Part shown: piece by piece, positions 20,059-29,980 of the stretch
How the letters are laid out: each line of letters opens with the position of its first letter
Position numbering within the stretch: the stretch's first letter is position 1
NCBI GenBank assembly: GCA_002726235.1
Contig: PBSN01000008.1
Span: 561,781 to 625,780, forward strand
Direction of reading: 5' to 3'
Source: Nitrospiraceae bacterium
Lineage (GTDB): Bacteria; Nitrospirota; Nitrospiria; Nitrospirales; UBA2166
DNA length: 64,000 bases
Translations under genes and position numbers: made by a program
Notes under the pieces: model-generated
Databases searched by the model: none
What the model was told of the DNA's origin: nothing
Seen by the model: the letters and a program-made list of their open reading frames with translations, nothing else

Positions 20059-21084
20059 ATGAAAACCGACGACTTTGAATATACTCTCGATCCATCCAGG
20101 ATTGCACAAACCCCTACTACTCCACGAGATCATTCTAAACTCATGGTGTTGTCGAGACATACCCGCCAAATCCAGCATCGGAAATTTAGAGACCTCCCTA
20201 CGCTGTTAGCCCCAGGCGACACGCTGGTAATTAACGACACCGCCGTGATACCCGTTCGACTCATTGGTCGAAAGCGCCAAAGTGGGGGACGTATTGACTG
20301 TTGCCTCATTAAGGAAACAGGTCTCAATACTTGGGATGCCTTTATTCGCGGCAAGGTGCATGTCGGACAAGAGATCGAGTTTCCGAACACCATCACGGCA
20401 ACGGTCACCACCGCGAATTCGGAGACGACACGAAAACGCATCACATTCCATAGCTCGCACAACCTTCGCAATCAACTCTTTGAAATAGGACTCCCTCCAC
20501 TCCCACCATATATCAAGCGCACGCCAGACCCGAAAGATATGCAACAGTACCAAACGGTATACGCCACTGTTCCTGGCGCTATTGCCGCGCCAACTGCAGG
20601 ACTACATTTCACACCAGAGTTACTCCAGCGTCTTCGTGACCGTGAGGTTACCATCCTGAACATTACCCTCCATACTGGCCTTGGGACATTTCTTCCGGTG
20701 CATGCACTCAACATCAGTGATCACCAAATAGAGCCAGAATGGTTCCAAGTCTCTAGTACGACATTGCGTGAGATACAGAAAACGAAAGCGCGAGGCAGTC
20801 GCGTGATCGCAGTCGGAACAACTACAGTCAAAACCCTTGAGACTGTTGCGCAATGTGATGCATCAGAAAAACCTCAAGAAGGAGAAACAGCTTTATTTAT
20901 CTATCCAGGATTTCAGTTCCATACCGTGGATGCGATGATCACAAATTTTCACCTTCCGAAAACCACGCTATTAATGCTTGTGTGTGCGTTTGCAAAAAAA
21001 AGCCTCGTACTTGAAGCATATAAAGAAGCAATCGACAACGACTATCGCTTTTATTCCTATGGAGATGCAATGTTAATACTGTGA
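20059..21084 (+). CDS. queA: S-adenosylmethionine:tRNA ribosyltransferase-isomerase
   Basis: IAQTP, LPPYIKR, YQTVYA, AAPTAGLHF, TNFHLP, YRFYSYGDAMLI. Confidence 0.97.
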   Translation: MKTDDFEYTLDPSRIAQTPTTPRDHSKLMVLSRHTRQIQHRKFRDLPTLLAPGDTLVINDTAVIPVRLIGRKRQSGGRIDCCLIKETGLNTWDAFIRGKVHVGQEIEFPNTITATVTTANSETTRKRITFHSSHNLRNQLFEIGLPPLPPYIKRTPDPKDMQQYQTVYATVPGAIAAPTAGLHFTPELLQRLRDREVTILNITLHTGLGTFLPVHALNISDHQIEPEWFQVSSTTLREIQKTKARGSRVIAVGTTTVKTLETVAQCDASEKPQEGETALFIYPGFQFHTVDAMITNFHLPKTTLLMLVCAFAKKSLVLEAYKEAIDNDYRFYSYGDAMLIL

Positions 21085-21114
21085 CGAAACCGTGCAGAAG
21101 ACAGGTAAATCACG

Positions 21115-21384
21115 TTAACGCGCCTTCCTAGAACGTCCAAGGAAGGCGAGGCAAATGCGGATGATGACGTAAAGAGGAAGACTGATGATAAGAACCTTGA
21201 AAAATTCTACGCCGCTTGCATAGAACGTTTCTTCAACTGAAAACATTGAGGGGTAAAACGACTTTAGATAGTGAATCTCTTCAAGTGAATGCAGACAGAC
21301 AACCCCAATGATAAGCACACAGAGGACAATCGTGACCACACGTGCAACTTTCCCCCAATTCGCAATGTACAATGATGCCTTCAC
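21115..21384 (-). CDS. Small 2-TM hypothetical membrane protein
   Basis: Two hydrophobic segments; converges on queA; GTGA overlap with the upstream 21381..21587 ORF. Confidence 0.5.
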   Translation of the reverse strand: MKASLYIANWGKVARVVTIVLCVLIIGVVCLHSLEEIHYLKSFYPSMFSVEETFYASGVEFFKVLIISLPLYVIIRICLAFLGRSRKAR

Positions 21385-21587
21385 GCAATCAACGACACTT
21401 GAATACTATTGGTGTTTACCATCAAGTGACCGGGCTTTGTTTGAAGCAATTTCTTGGTGACTTTTTTTAGGTCCTGAGCACTCTCAAGCGAGCTTACTTT
21501 CCCCTTGTAAATCGCTTCTGGCGTAGGCTCTATCGCCAACTTTCCTCCTTCGCTCTTCCTGCACCCATTCCGAGAATGAGAAAACAT
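21381..21587 (-). CDS. Hypothetical small protein
   Basis: 68-aa ORF whose stop overlaps the next start; no motif recognised. Confidence 0.3.
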   Translation of the reverse strand: MFSHSRNGCRKSEGGKLAIEPTPEAIYKGKVSSLESAQDLKKVTKKLLQTKPGHLMVNTNSIQVSLIA

Positions 21588-21810
21588 ACAAAGAGCAGGC
21601 TACGGTATATTTCATCCCTCTCCACTTACATGCACACGATCAATAATGAGGACAACCATTACCTATCACTCTCTTCTACTTATTGAAAAAATATATTACC
21701 ATTCACATCCATTGAGAAATAGGTGCTCACTGGCAACAGAACACTAAACGATGATCACACCTGCATACATTGCTGTTCTCCAACACATCTGTGGCGAGTA
21801 GCTATACAAT

Positions 21811-22605
21811 ATGAACCAACTACACACATTACTCAACTCGTGGTGGACAGATTTTCGAAGCGAAAACCCAAGCGCCGCTACGGTCCATCGGTTACTATCC
21901 GCCAAAGAAAGTACCGTTGTACATGATCATATCGCACTACGAACATTCGACGATCAGAAAGTGCAAATCGACACCTTGATGGCGCCGTTGGTCGCTGCAG
22001 GATATGTCTGCAAAGAAAAGTATGCGTTTCCAAAGACGCACATCTTTGCACAACACTATGAACATTACGATGCGACACTTCCAAAGGTATTCATAAGCCA
22101 CCTAGAAAGTCGCCAATTTTCAGAGGAATTTCAATCTACCCTTGGATATCTCCTGAGCCAAATACCCAAGAGTCTACCAGGGCAGTGGGATTTCTTTGTG
22201 ACGGCACGTCCTTGGAAAATACCATTTTCCATCTATGAAACCCTGAAAAAGGAAAGTGCGTACGCTGCCTGGGTCTCTGCTTTCGGTTTCCGGCCTACAC
22301 ATTTCGCAATCCGAACAAATTCATTCGAACAGTATAGTGAACTCACAACTCTGAATTCATTTTTGAAGGCACAAGGATTTGAACTCAATCATACAGGGGG
22401 AGAAATCCAAGGATCTCCTGAAGTCTTCCTCGAACAATCATCGATGAAGGCGACTGAAACCCTAGTCCAATTTTCTGACAGGATGTATCCTATTACTGGC
22501 ACCTACTACGAATTTGCCAAACGATACTCCATGCCAAATGGAACCTTATTCAACGGCTTTATCACTGAATCCGCCGAGAACCTCTTTCGAAGCACACATT
22601 CGTAA
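21811..22605 (+). CDS. DUF1338 (HglS/YdcJ-like) Fe(II)-dependent 2-oxoadipate dioxygenase/decarboxylase family
   Basis: HDHIALRTF, PKVFISHL, ESAYAAW, HFA, LEQSS and YEFAKRY (His-His-Glu metal triad). Confidence 0.85.
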   Translation: MNQLHTLLNSWWTDFRSENPSAATVHRLLSAKESTVVHDHIALRTFDDQKVQIDTLMAPLVAAGYVCKEKYAFPKTHIFAQHYEHYDATLPKVFISHLESRQFSEEFQSTLGYLLSQIPKSLPGQWDFFVTARPWKIPFSIYETLKKESAYAAWVSAFGFRPTHFAIRTNSFEQYSELTTLNSFLKAQGFELNHTGGEIQGSPEVFLEQSSMKATETLVQFSDRMYPITGTYYEFAKRYSMPNGTLFNGFITESAENLFRSTHS

Positions 22606-22615
22606 GCATTCACTC

Positions 22616-22645
22616 TTGACAGTAGGGATGCCACGTGAGTAGCCT
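22616..22645 (+). promoter_or_regulatory. Putative sigma70 promoter
   Basis: TTGACA (22616-22621), 18-bp spacer, TAGCCT (22640-22645). Confidence 0.4.
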
Positions 22646-22784
22646 GACCTCCGTGGAAAAGATCAGACGACTGGACGAATTGCTGAAATCGTCTGCCATA
22701 GGACGGGTCCAAGCTACGGGATACATACAACTTAACATACGCGAAGTTATCTGGAGCTAGGAAAGAATAGCCGAAACAAGAATC

Positions 22785-23222
22785 ATGGAAAACGAACAAA
22801 TGCCGACTTTAAAGCGAAATTTGATTCCGGTCGCAATTGCAATCACAATGACTATTGCTCTCGGTGTGGCAGGATATGTCTTCCTCTACCACCCCGCACT
22901 CGCCTGGCAAAAACACTTCGAAGTGTTTGAGGACAAATGGGGAATCGCCGATCCATCTTACAGAAGTTGGGCAGGGAAGGTAAAAAACATCGGCCCTTAC
23001 TCTATTCGTTCAGCAGAACTGGTTATTGAACTCAAAGATCCGTCTGGAAATGTGACTTACACCGGAAGCAAGCAACTTGTTGATCTCTCCGATCCTCCGA
23101 TGCATTCCGGGAACGTTAAACGATTCAGTATTCTTCTAAAATACACCAAAGCCGAAAAGATTGACGATGAACAGACTACCTACCGCATCGACATTCATAA
23201 GTACCAAAAACCGTGGTTTTAG
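22785..23222 (+). CDS. Membrane-anchored hypothetical protein (FxLYD-like Ig fold possible)
   Basis: N-terminal TM followed by GKVKNIG...VIELKDPSGNV...KRFSI pattern. Confidence 0.6.
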   Translation: MENEQMPTLKRNLIPVAIAITMTIALGVAGYVFLYHPALAWQKHFEVFEDKWGIADPSYRSWAGKVKNIGPYSIRSAELVIELKDPSGNVTYTGSKQLVDLSDPPMHSGNVKRFSILLKYTKAEKIDDEQTTYRIDIHKYQKPWF

Positions 23223-23232
23223 TGAAGACGAC

Positions 23233-24375
23233 TCAGCCATCCATAGCACAACGGAAACCGATGTTCGATCGCCTCCCTGAGGGCTCTACCTTAATTCGTG
23301 CCGTAGTACGAAGCCGATTGCGGGGATCCATGTATGAGCCACCACGCGCAACTTTGTGCACTCCATTCGGCGGACCAACCGGATTTTTGGTTTGAGGTGT
23401 GACCCTCATGTATGCATCTTCGGCAAACCAATCTCTCCCCCACTCCCATACATTTCCAGACATATCATACACACCGTAGGGACTCACTCCACTCTCGAAG
23501 TTTCCCACTGTAGTTTGGAGTGCAGCAAGGCCTTCTTTCTCCTGCCGTACAACCCCCTCTCGCAACCACCAACGTTGCCACCACTCTAACCGCACAAGTT
23601 CACGATCTGCTTGATAGCTTCCATTGTTGCTACGGTTTCGATCCCATTCATCACCCCACGGATACAACCGCGCATCATCTCCTCTCGCAGCCTTCTCCCA
23701 TTCTGCTTCTGTCGGAAGTCGCCGCCCCGCCCATTCACAATAGGCGAGTGCATCGTTCCAACTCACATGTACAACCGGAAGATCTGCTGCCGTTTCCGGG
23801 ACTTGATCTCCATCCCAAACACTCAGATCCCGGTTGAATAGAAGCTCCTCCTCCTCCTTATCCTTTATCGCATCTGGGATACGAAGCTGTTGAAGACCGT
23901 CACGCGTTTCAAGCTCTTCCGGCAGTGGTTTTTTTCGAACTTCTTGAAGAGGAACGCGATGCCCTGTTACTTTGACGAATTCCAGATATCGCGCGTTGGT
24001 CACCTCATATTGATCAATATAATAGGCGTCGAGCTGTACTTCATGCTGCGGCCACTCCCGTTTCATCCACTCTAACTGGCACAATGGCCCACAGTCCTTA
24101 ACGGCTACCTCAATATGCTCCTGTGTACTTCCCATCATAAATGACCCTGCGGGAATCAGCACCATGGGAGCACCATCATTTCCAATCTCTATTTTCGGCT
24201 CCCCTTGCCACAGCACAAACCAGACGACAGCAGTGGTAGTGATGCCTAGAAGAGCAAGCCCGAACGCAATCGCCATCATTTTTTTTGCTCTCACACGCTG
24301 AACAAGAGTGTGCGGTTCACCCATAGCACCACTTGGTTGAGAATCTAATTTATCGTGTGAGGGTGTCTTCAACAT
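23233..24375 (-). CDS. Formylglycine-generating enzyme (SUMF1/FGE-sulfatase) family protein, membrane-anchored
   Basis: MVLIPAGSFMMGS, YEVTN, PVVHVSW, RLPTEAEWEKAARG, DMSGNVWEW, RGGS, IGFRC. Start may be 24324. Confidence 0.92.
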   Translation of the reverse strand: MLKTPSHDKLDSQPSGAMGEPHTLVQRVRAKKMMAIAFGLALLGITTTAVVWFVLWQGEPKIEIGNDGAPMVLIPAGSFMMGSTQEHIEVAVKDCGPLCQLEWMKREWPQHEVQLDAYYIDQYEVTNARYLEFVKVTGHRVPLQEVRKKPLPEELETRDGLQQLRIPDAIKDKEEEELLFNRDLSVWDGDQVPETAADLPVVHVSWNDALAYCEWAGRRLPTEAEWEKAARGDDARLYPWGDEWDRNRSNNGSYQADRELVRLEWWQRWWLREGVVRQEKEGLAALQTTVGNFESGVSPYGVYDMSGNVWEWGRDWFAEDAYMRVTPQTKNPVGPPNGVHKVARGGSYMDPRNRLRTTARIKVEPSGRRSNIGFRCAMDG

Positions 24376-25810
24376 TGGGATGTGTGGCCCTAATTTGATC
24401 TCCGAGAAAGGGATAACGCTCGGCCAATCGCTCTTTCATCAGCCATCCGATCCGGCGATAGGAGGCATGCCCTTTCACGCCTGTACGCAGTCGTGAAATA
24501 TATTCGGCTTCAGCGAAATCCATCTTGAAAAGACACCGCATTCGAGTAGCAAACGGAAGCAAATAGGATTTTACCGTGACAGAGGCACCTTGAAGTTCGT
24601 CGATGTCCTTCAACACCGCATTAAAGATTTCTCGTACGGGCGTGTCAAGTCCTGCTTGTTCAAACTCTTTTGGAACTTCATACCCATGCACAGTAGTGAA
24701 TTCTTGGGGAATCTGTTGACAGCGACGATGGCGGTGAAGATCTCGCCACCCTCCAACGTCCATCAGGATATCAAAGACAAATGCATATCCTGAATGAAAT
24801 TCCCGCAACAACTCATCGTACGGTCCACGCCGACGAAGGCTCAGTTCGACAATTTCATTTTTTTCATGCTCCAGCCATGATTCAACGGTTCGGAGAATCT
24901 GACGATAGGAATACTGGCTCACTCGATATAACAACGTCACGACAAGTTCGTCTAAGGGATGGTGAGGTTCAAAAAGTTCAACGGAATCTGCTGGCTCAAT
25001 GTGCTTGAACCGCAGACGTTCACGAACAACCTGTGTAAGGTCGACCATCGTCTCGTGATAATAGGGTCGTGCTTTTGCATGCCGCGCTAATGTTGGTGCG
25101 AGCGGCTCATTGAATACGTGATTCCCTCCCACAAGCTCATTCCAAATATTCACAGGCGACGACCGGCACGCCGAAAGCAATTCCTTGCCAATGGCAACAA
25201 GTTCCGGAATATGGGAGGCAAGTAAGCGAGATATCTGCTTTTCAAGTGTCCGTATGCTCACCACCTGTCCAACATTCGTATAGCTTGCCAACGGAAGAAA
25301 ATAACGCGTCACATCCAAGGTTCTAGCTTTCATCGTACGCTCATAGGTTGCAACTTGCATCGATTCCGGACGAGGCGTGCATTGAAGAAGATATGCGTTG
25401 ACAGATTCATAGAATGAAGCGTACGCCGATGTCAGTTGTTCTGCAATGCTCAAAAATGGTGCCTCGGTCATAGAACCTTTGATCTCTGGAGGAATAAACA
25501 CGCCGGTTTTCGTAAAGTCCTGATAACGACTTGATTTTGCCTGACCATCCCACAACGGCTCATCTTCGATGTGAATGGCAGCGAGTTCAGTGATGTTTTC
25601 AAAACAGATCGTCACATGCCCAAGATCTGCAATTGATCCATGGCCATATGCGAAATAAAATTGTTCCCAGAAACGTTCAGATGAGTGTTCGTGAACCCAT
25701 CGAAGACTCTCTTCGATACTATCCGGAGAGCGACTATATCGTGCCAGCGCATACGCGGATTTCTCCGGCGGCATTGGTGCCAGTGCAATGACTTTTCGCG
25801 ATGTATTCAC
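24350..25810 (-). CDS. thyX: FAD-dependent thymidylate synthase, long two-domain type
   Basis: ARYSRS, YGHGSIADL, KSSRYQ, DVTRYFLPLA, RDLHRHR, LRTGVKGHASYR. Confidence 0.82.
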   Translation of the reverse strand: MNTSRKVIALAPMPPEKSAYALARYSRSPDSIEESLRWVHEHSSERFWEQFYFAYGHGSIADLGHVTICFENITELAAIHIEDEPLWDGQAKSSRYQDFTKTGVFIPPEIKGSMTEAPFLSIAEQLTSAYASFYESVNAYLLQCTPRPESMQVATYERTMKARTLDVTRYFLPLASYTNVGQVVSIRTLEKQISRLLASHIPELVAIGKELLSACRSSPVNIWNELVGGNHVFNEPLAPTLARHAKARPYYHETMVDLTQVVRERLRFKHIEPADSVELFEPHHPLDELVVTLLYRVSQYSYRQILRTVESWLEHEKNEIVELSLRRRGPYDELLREFHSGYAFVFDILMDVGGWRDLHRHRRCQQIPQEFTTVHGYEVPKEFEQAGLDTPVREIFNAVLKDIDELQGASVTVKSYLLPFATRMRCLFKMDFAEAEYISRLRTGVKGHASYRRIGWLMKERLAERYPFLGDQIRATHPNVEDTLTR

Positions 25811-26751
25811 TTAGCCCCGATTGTTTCGATGAGTGCTGCAGCCAACAACGGAAACATAATCTCGTGGTGTCCTGTCAAAGCATATCCTCGGCCATCAGGC
25901 TTGGTGGGTCGACTGACGACATTGACACGCGATCGATAATGTTGAATGAAGTCCATATTAACTGTAGTAATATCATTGAGTGGATGTCCGAGATTTCGCG
26001 CCAACGTCACTGCCTTCAGAAACACTTCCGGGAGGATCACAGCCGAACCAAGATTGAGATAGACCCCCCCGTTCATTCGAGCAACTAGCGAAGTAAGGGT
26101 TTGAAAATCTCGTAACGATCCTGCCCCAATTGCCGCACCATCCACCATAGGATGCATGTGGATAATATCCGTCCCTACTGCGACATGGACAGTTACGGGG
26201 ATGTGAGCCTCAACAGCAGCGACAAGAAGACTTATCGCGCGATGTGGAAAATCATGCGTAGCCATAAACTGTCCAACCGATGCCCCTATCCCAAGGCCAC
26301 GCACATGTCCCTCAGAAATCGCCTCATTTAGCATCCGTCCCGTTTCCTCTGCCATACCAAATGTTCCAGTCAAAATTTCACTGTCCACATCTTCTGAAGT
26401 ATGGCCGACGAGGGCAAGTTCAAAATCATGAATGATGCCTGCACCATTCATGGCCAATCCATTGATAATTCCACGTCGCATCAAATCAATAACAACGGGA
26501 TTCAAGCCAACTTTAATCGGATGTGCCCCCATCCCCATGAGCACAACCCTGCCTGTTAAATGTGCATCTACGATTGCCCGAATGACCTCCCGCAAATCTC
26601 TTGCCCCAAGAATCCCGGGAAGACCAGACAAAAATGCCTGAAGCGTTCCCCCACGCACCCAAGGAGTTGCAGATTCAGAGAGCGATACCTTACTCGGACG
26701 TGTGTCCAGCGAAACCGTTTTTGCCTTGGAGAAATCGAGCAGATCAACCAC
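25807..26751 (-). CDS. Deoxyhypusine-synthase-like protein (GSU2086-like)
   Basis: MGAHPIKVG, NGAGIIHDFE, PVTVHVAVGTDI, GSAVILPEVFLKA, GHHEIMFPL; coupled to thyX. Confidence 0.75.
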   Translation of the reverse strand: MVDLLDFSKAKTVSLDTRPSKVSLSESATPWVRGGTLQAFLSGLPGILGARDLREVIRAIVDAHLTGRVVLMGMGAHPIKVGLNPVVIDLMRRGIINGLAMNGAGIIHDFELALVGHTSEDVDSEILTGTFGMAEETGRMLNEAISEGHVRGLGIGASVGQFMATHDFPHRAISLLVAAVEAHIPVTVHVAVGTDIIHMHPMVDGAAIGAGSLRDFQTLTSLVARMNGGVYLNLGSAVILPEVFLKAVTLARNLGHPLNDITTVNMDFIQHYRSRVNVVSRPTKPDGRGYALTGHHEIMFPLLAAALIETIGAK

Positions 26752-27078
26752 GAGATGACATCAGCAACTGCGGTGTAAGCAAAAGATTATCACGCGAAAA
26801 AGCATGCGGAGGCAGCCGTCCAAACAACACTCAAACAATTACTCCCGCAAAACGTCGGACACCTCAACATATTCCGGAGTGTACACGAACAAACAAGGGA
26901 TTGTAAGACAAAGGTTAACATCGAGGGAAACAGTGGATACGCTATGAGCCAGAGGAAAAGAATAATTAGTATCTGCCAGTCAGATCAACTGACGATCGCA
27001 GGCGGAGGGGAAAAACAGCAACGCAAGACTCAGCGAATCCTACCCAAACCAGAAATAACCACGAATCACTTACTTGGC

Positions 27079-27130
27079 GTTGTACAATGGTTCCCTAGTT
27101 GTACAATAGTTCCTTGCTTGTACCATCAAC
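27079..27130. repeat. 19-bp-period direct repeat with palindromic TTGTACAA core
   Basis: gttgtacaatggttcccta / gttgtacaatagttccttg / cttgtaccat starting at 27079, 27098 and 27117. Confidence 0.7.
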
Positions 27131-27484
27131 CTTCAGCTAAATACCTAAGTTGTAAATCTTTTTCACCGTCTTTCCAGTCGCCCCACAAATCCTGAAATGC
27201 TCTTAATGCTTCATGATGGCACACGAATCCCACGTAATGTATCCGTCGTCTGAGTTGTCAACACAATATCATTACGGTTCAAGGCCGTGGCTGGGAAGTC
27301 ACACCAGTGGCCACTGCTTGACAGTTAACACAAGATCCTCCGGCTGAAAAAAGCAAAGAGGCAAGCTATAAACCGCTAAGATACGTCAACCCGCGCAATG
27401 TCAACCCAAAAGATGCCAAAAACGACGATCATTGCGGTGGAAAAGCGAGGAATGGTATGCTCCGGATCCTACTGGGAGTAAACC

Positions 27485-27616
27485 ATGAGTGGAACCTACA
27501 TGGCAATTTCAGCCGTCGGTGTCAGTTTTATCATCCTGATATATCTCTTGATCGCTCCCCCTCCCGACACGAAAAAACCACCTCAGCCACAGCAAAAAAA
27601 TAAGAAAAAAAAGTAA
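27485..27616 (+). CDS. 43-aa single-TM small protein (below the ORF-track cutoff)
   Basis: RBS gggag, then MSGTYMAISAVGVSFIILIYLLIAPPPDTKKPPQPQQKNKKKK*; extended -10 TGgTATGCT at 27453-27461. Confidence 0.65.
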   Translation: MSGTYMAISAVGVSFIILIYLLIAPPPDTKKPPQPQQKNKKKK

Positions 27617-27622
27617 CCGCGC

Positions 27623-28909
27623 CTACGCAAGCATCCGAAATACGGAACGCGCAACCCTGATCGTCCGTTCAATCATCTGTGGTGTATGCGCAAGCGAAAG
27701 AAACATCGCCTCGAACTGAGAAGGCGCGGTGTAGATACCTCGATTCAACAAGCCGTGAAAATATCGCGCAAACATAGTCGTATCTGAAGTCTTTGCCGTC
27801 GCAAAATCAACCACCGAGCGTCGTGTAAAAAACATACCAAGCATTGCGCCAACACGAGTTGAAAATACAGGTACCCCAGCACGGTTTGCCTCTGCCTCTA
27901 GTCCATCCCCCAACTGTTTTGCACGCATTTCTAACTGTCGATACACGCCTGGAGCACGTAGCAACGTAAGCGTTTCAATGCCCGCAGTCATTGCCAGAGG
28001 ATTTCCAGACAGCGTTCCCGCCTGATACACAGGCCCGAGCGGAGCAATACGCTCCATGATCTCCCGCCGCCCCCCATAGGCACCAACCGGCAACCCACCA
28101 CCAAGAATTTTTCCGAGACAGGTGAGATCAGGAATAACCTTGAATAACCCCTGTGCCCCACCGCGATGCACTCGAAATCCAGTTATCACCTCATCAAATA
28201 CTAAGAGGGTATCGTATTGCTTCGTGAGGGATCGAAGCCCTGCAAGAAAACGTGGTCGTGGCGGAACAACCCCCATATTTCCCGCAATAGGTTCAACAAT
28301 GACACACGCGATGTTTTTCCCTTCACGTTCAAAGATCTGTCTGACGGTTTTAAGGTCATTATACGGTGCAGTAATAGTGTGCCGCGCCGTCATAGGCGGA
28401 ACGCCTAGACTATCTGGAACGCCCAAGGTCGCAGCTCCCGAGCCTGCACGCACGAGCAGATGATCAGCATGACCGTGATAGCAACCCTCAAACTTGAGAA
28501 TCTTCTCTCGCTTGGTAAATCCTCTTGCCACACGAATAGCACTCATCACCGCTTCCGTACCAGAGTTGACCATACGAACAAGTTCGATAGAAGGGAAGGC
28601 TGACTTGACGAGTTTGGCAAGCTTGATTTCGGGTTCCGTCGGTGCACCGAAACTCATACCGTCTGCCGCGGTACGAGTAACCGCACGAACAACCCTAGGA
28701 TGGGCATGACCTAAAATCATCGGCCCCCACGAAAGCACATAATCAATGTAGGTTAGGCCGTCGGCATCGTAAATCTTGGCACCTTTGGCACGCTGGATAA
28801 ACGGTGGATACCCCCCAACAGATTGAAACGCCCGAACGGGGCTATTCACGCCACCGGGAAAATGCCGCTGGGCCTCCTTGAACAAACGAATTGATTGCGA
28901 ATTACTCAA
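27623..28909 (-). CDS. hemL: Glutamate-1-semialdehyde 2,1-aminomutase
   Basis: [55 protein letters not shown]. Confidence 0.98.
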   Translation of the reverse strand: MSNSQSIRLFKEAQRHFPGGVNSPVRAFQSVGGYPPFIQRAKGAKIYDADGLTYIDYVLSWGPMILGHAHPRVVRAVTRTAADGMSFGAPTEPEIKLAKLVKSAFPSIELVRMVNSGTEAVMSAIRVARGFTKREKILKFEGCYHGHADHLLVRAGSGAATLGVPDSLGVPPMTARHTITAPYNDLKTVRQIFEREGKNIACVIVEPIAGNMGVVPPRPRFLAGLRSLTKQYDTLLVFDEVITGFRVHRGGAQGLFKVIPDLTCLGKILGGGLPVGAYGGRREIMERIAPLGPVYQAGTLSGNPLAMTAGIETLTLLRAPGVYRQLEMRAKQLGDGLEAEANRAGVPVFSTRVGAMLGMFFTRRSVVDFATAKTSDTTMFARYFHGLLNRGIYTAPSQFEAMFLSLAHTPQMIERTIRVARSVFRMLA

Positions 28910-29569
28910 TGTATTCTCCTTTCAAATAACTCTATACTGAAGTGAGCAACCTTGCGAGTAATGTAAAACAGCACGACTTAAAACGCAGAACATCGTATCA
29001 AAGCAATGCATTAACTTTCGCAATACAAGTTGTTATTTTAAGCCTTATTAAGCCGAATAATATCGCTCGTTGCCGATGATGGTCCCCCCCAAGATTATTG
29101 ATCGCACAAATAAGCTTAGGCCATCAACCCATGAACCCCGCGAAGCATTGTTCGCTCTCAAATTATTAGTCCCATCGGATTCACATCCGGATTGTGCATA
29201 CATAATAGTCTTCCACATACCAATCCACTACCCCCCCATACATTTCCTGAGAAATTTAAATACTGCCTAGCCATTGCCATCCCCATCGCTCCCGACACAT
29301 GAAGACATCCCTACAATCACGTGTTGAAACTTAAACCACAGGCGTCAGACATCTCATCACTCCAGGAGATATATGCTCCTCATCGTTTCCTCATGCCATC
29401 TTCTCTCATTCCGCTTCGGTTGGCAGACGTTTCCCCGCCCAATACGAACTTCCATGGAAAAGCACCACGCAGGAAGCACGTTGTAGATCTACCAAGCGGT
29501 TGTTACAATACGCCACGATTGACGAATCCCTTAACTTAATAGTCAGTGACAGTCAGGGAGATCAAAACA

Positions 29570-29980
29570 ATGGCATTGCCGACAAGGAGATTACTCACAA
29601 CAATCGTCTTGCTACTGATTGTCTGTCAGCTCTCCATGATACCCTCCGTCCATGCAGAGTCCACAATCGCTACAACTCCTCCGGAGGGCGCTGAAATCGG
29701 CGCTTTTTTTGCCAATATTCCTTATTTAACAGCAAAAGTAGCATACGCGGGTCTTGGTGGATTTGCCGGAGGACTTGCCTATGTCCTCACGGGTGGAGAT
29801 GAGCTTGCTGCTTGTCGCATCTGGACTCCATCAATGCGCGGAACATACATTTTGACACCCGAACACCTTCGTGGCAAAAAACCTATCCGCTTCGCAGGAC
29901 TTCCCCTTAAAACCGAAGAGGCACTCCAGAAGGAACTGCGAGAAACAGACGACTCGGAGCAAGATCCAACGAAACAATGA
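29570..29980 (+). CDS. Exported/membrane hypothetical protein
   Basis: RBS gggag, signal peptide VHA|E, Gly-rich hydrophobic segment, GTYILTPEHLRG; ATGA-coupled to the next gene. Confidence 0.7.
   Translation: MALPTRRLLTTIVLLLIVCQLSMIPSVHAESTIATTPPEGAEIGAFFANIPYLTAKVAYAGLGGFAGGLAYVLTGGDELAACRIWTPSMRGTYILTPEHLRGKKPIRFAGLPLKTEEALQKELRETDDSEQDPTKQ

Noticed and set aside
27280-27330. Cobalamin-riboswitch-like words GGGAAG and GCCACTG
   Set aside because: They occur in the wrong order and the remaining conserved core is missing.
28910-29545. Short ORFs in the long hemL upstream region
   Set aside because: Several 55-72 aa frames exist on both strands, but none has a convincing RBS, motif or coupling.
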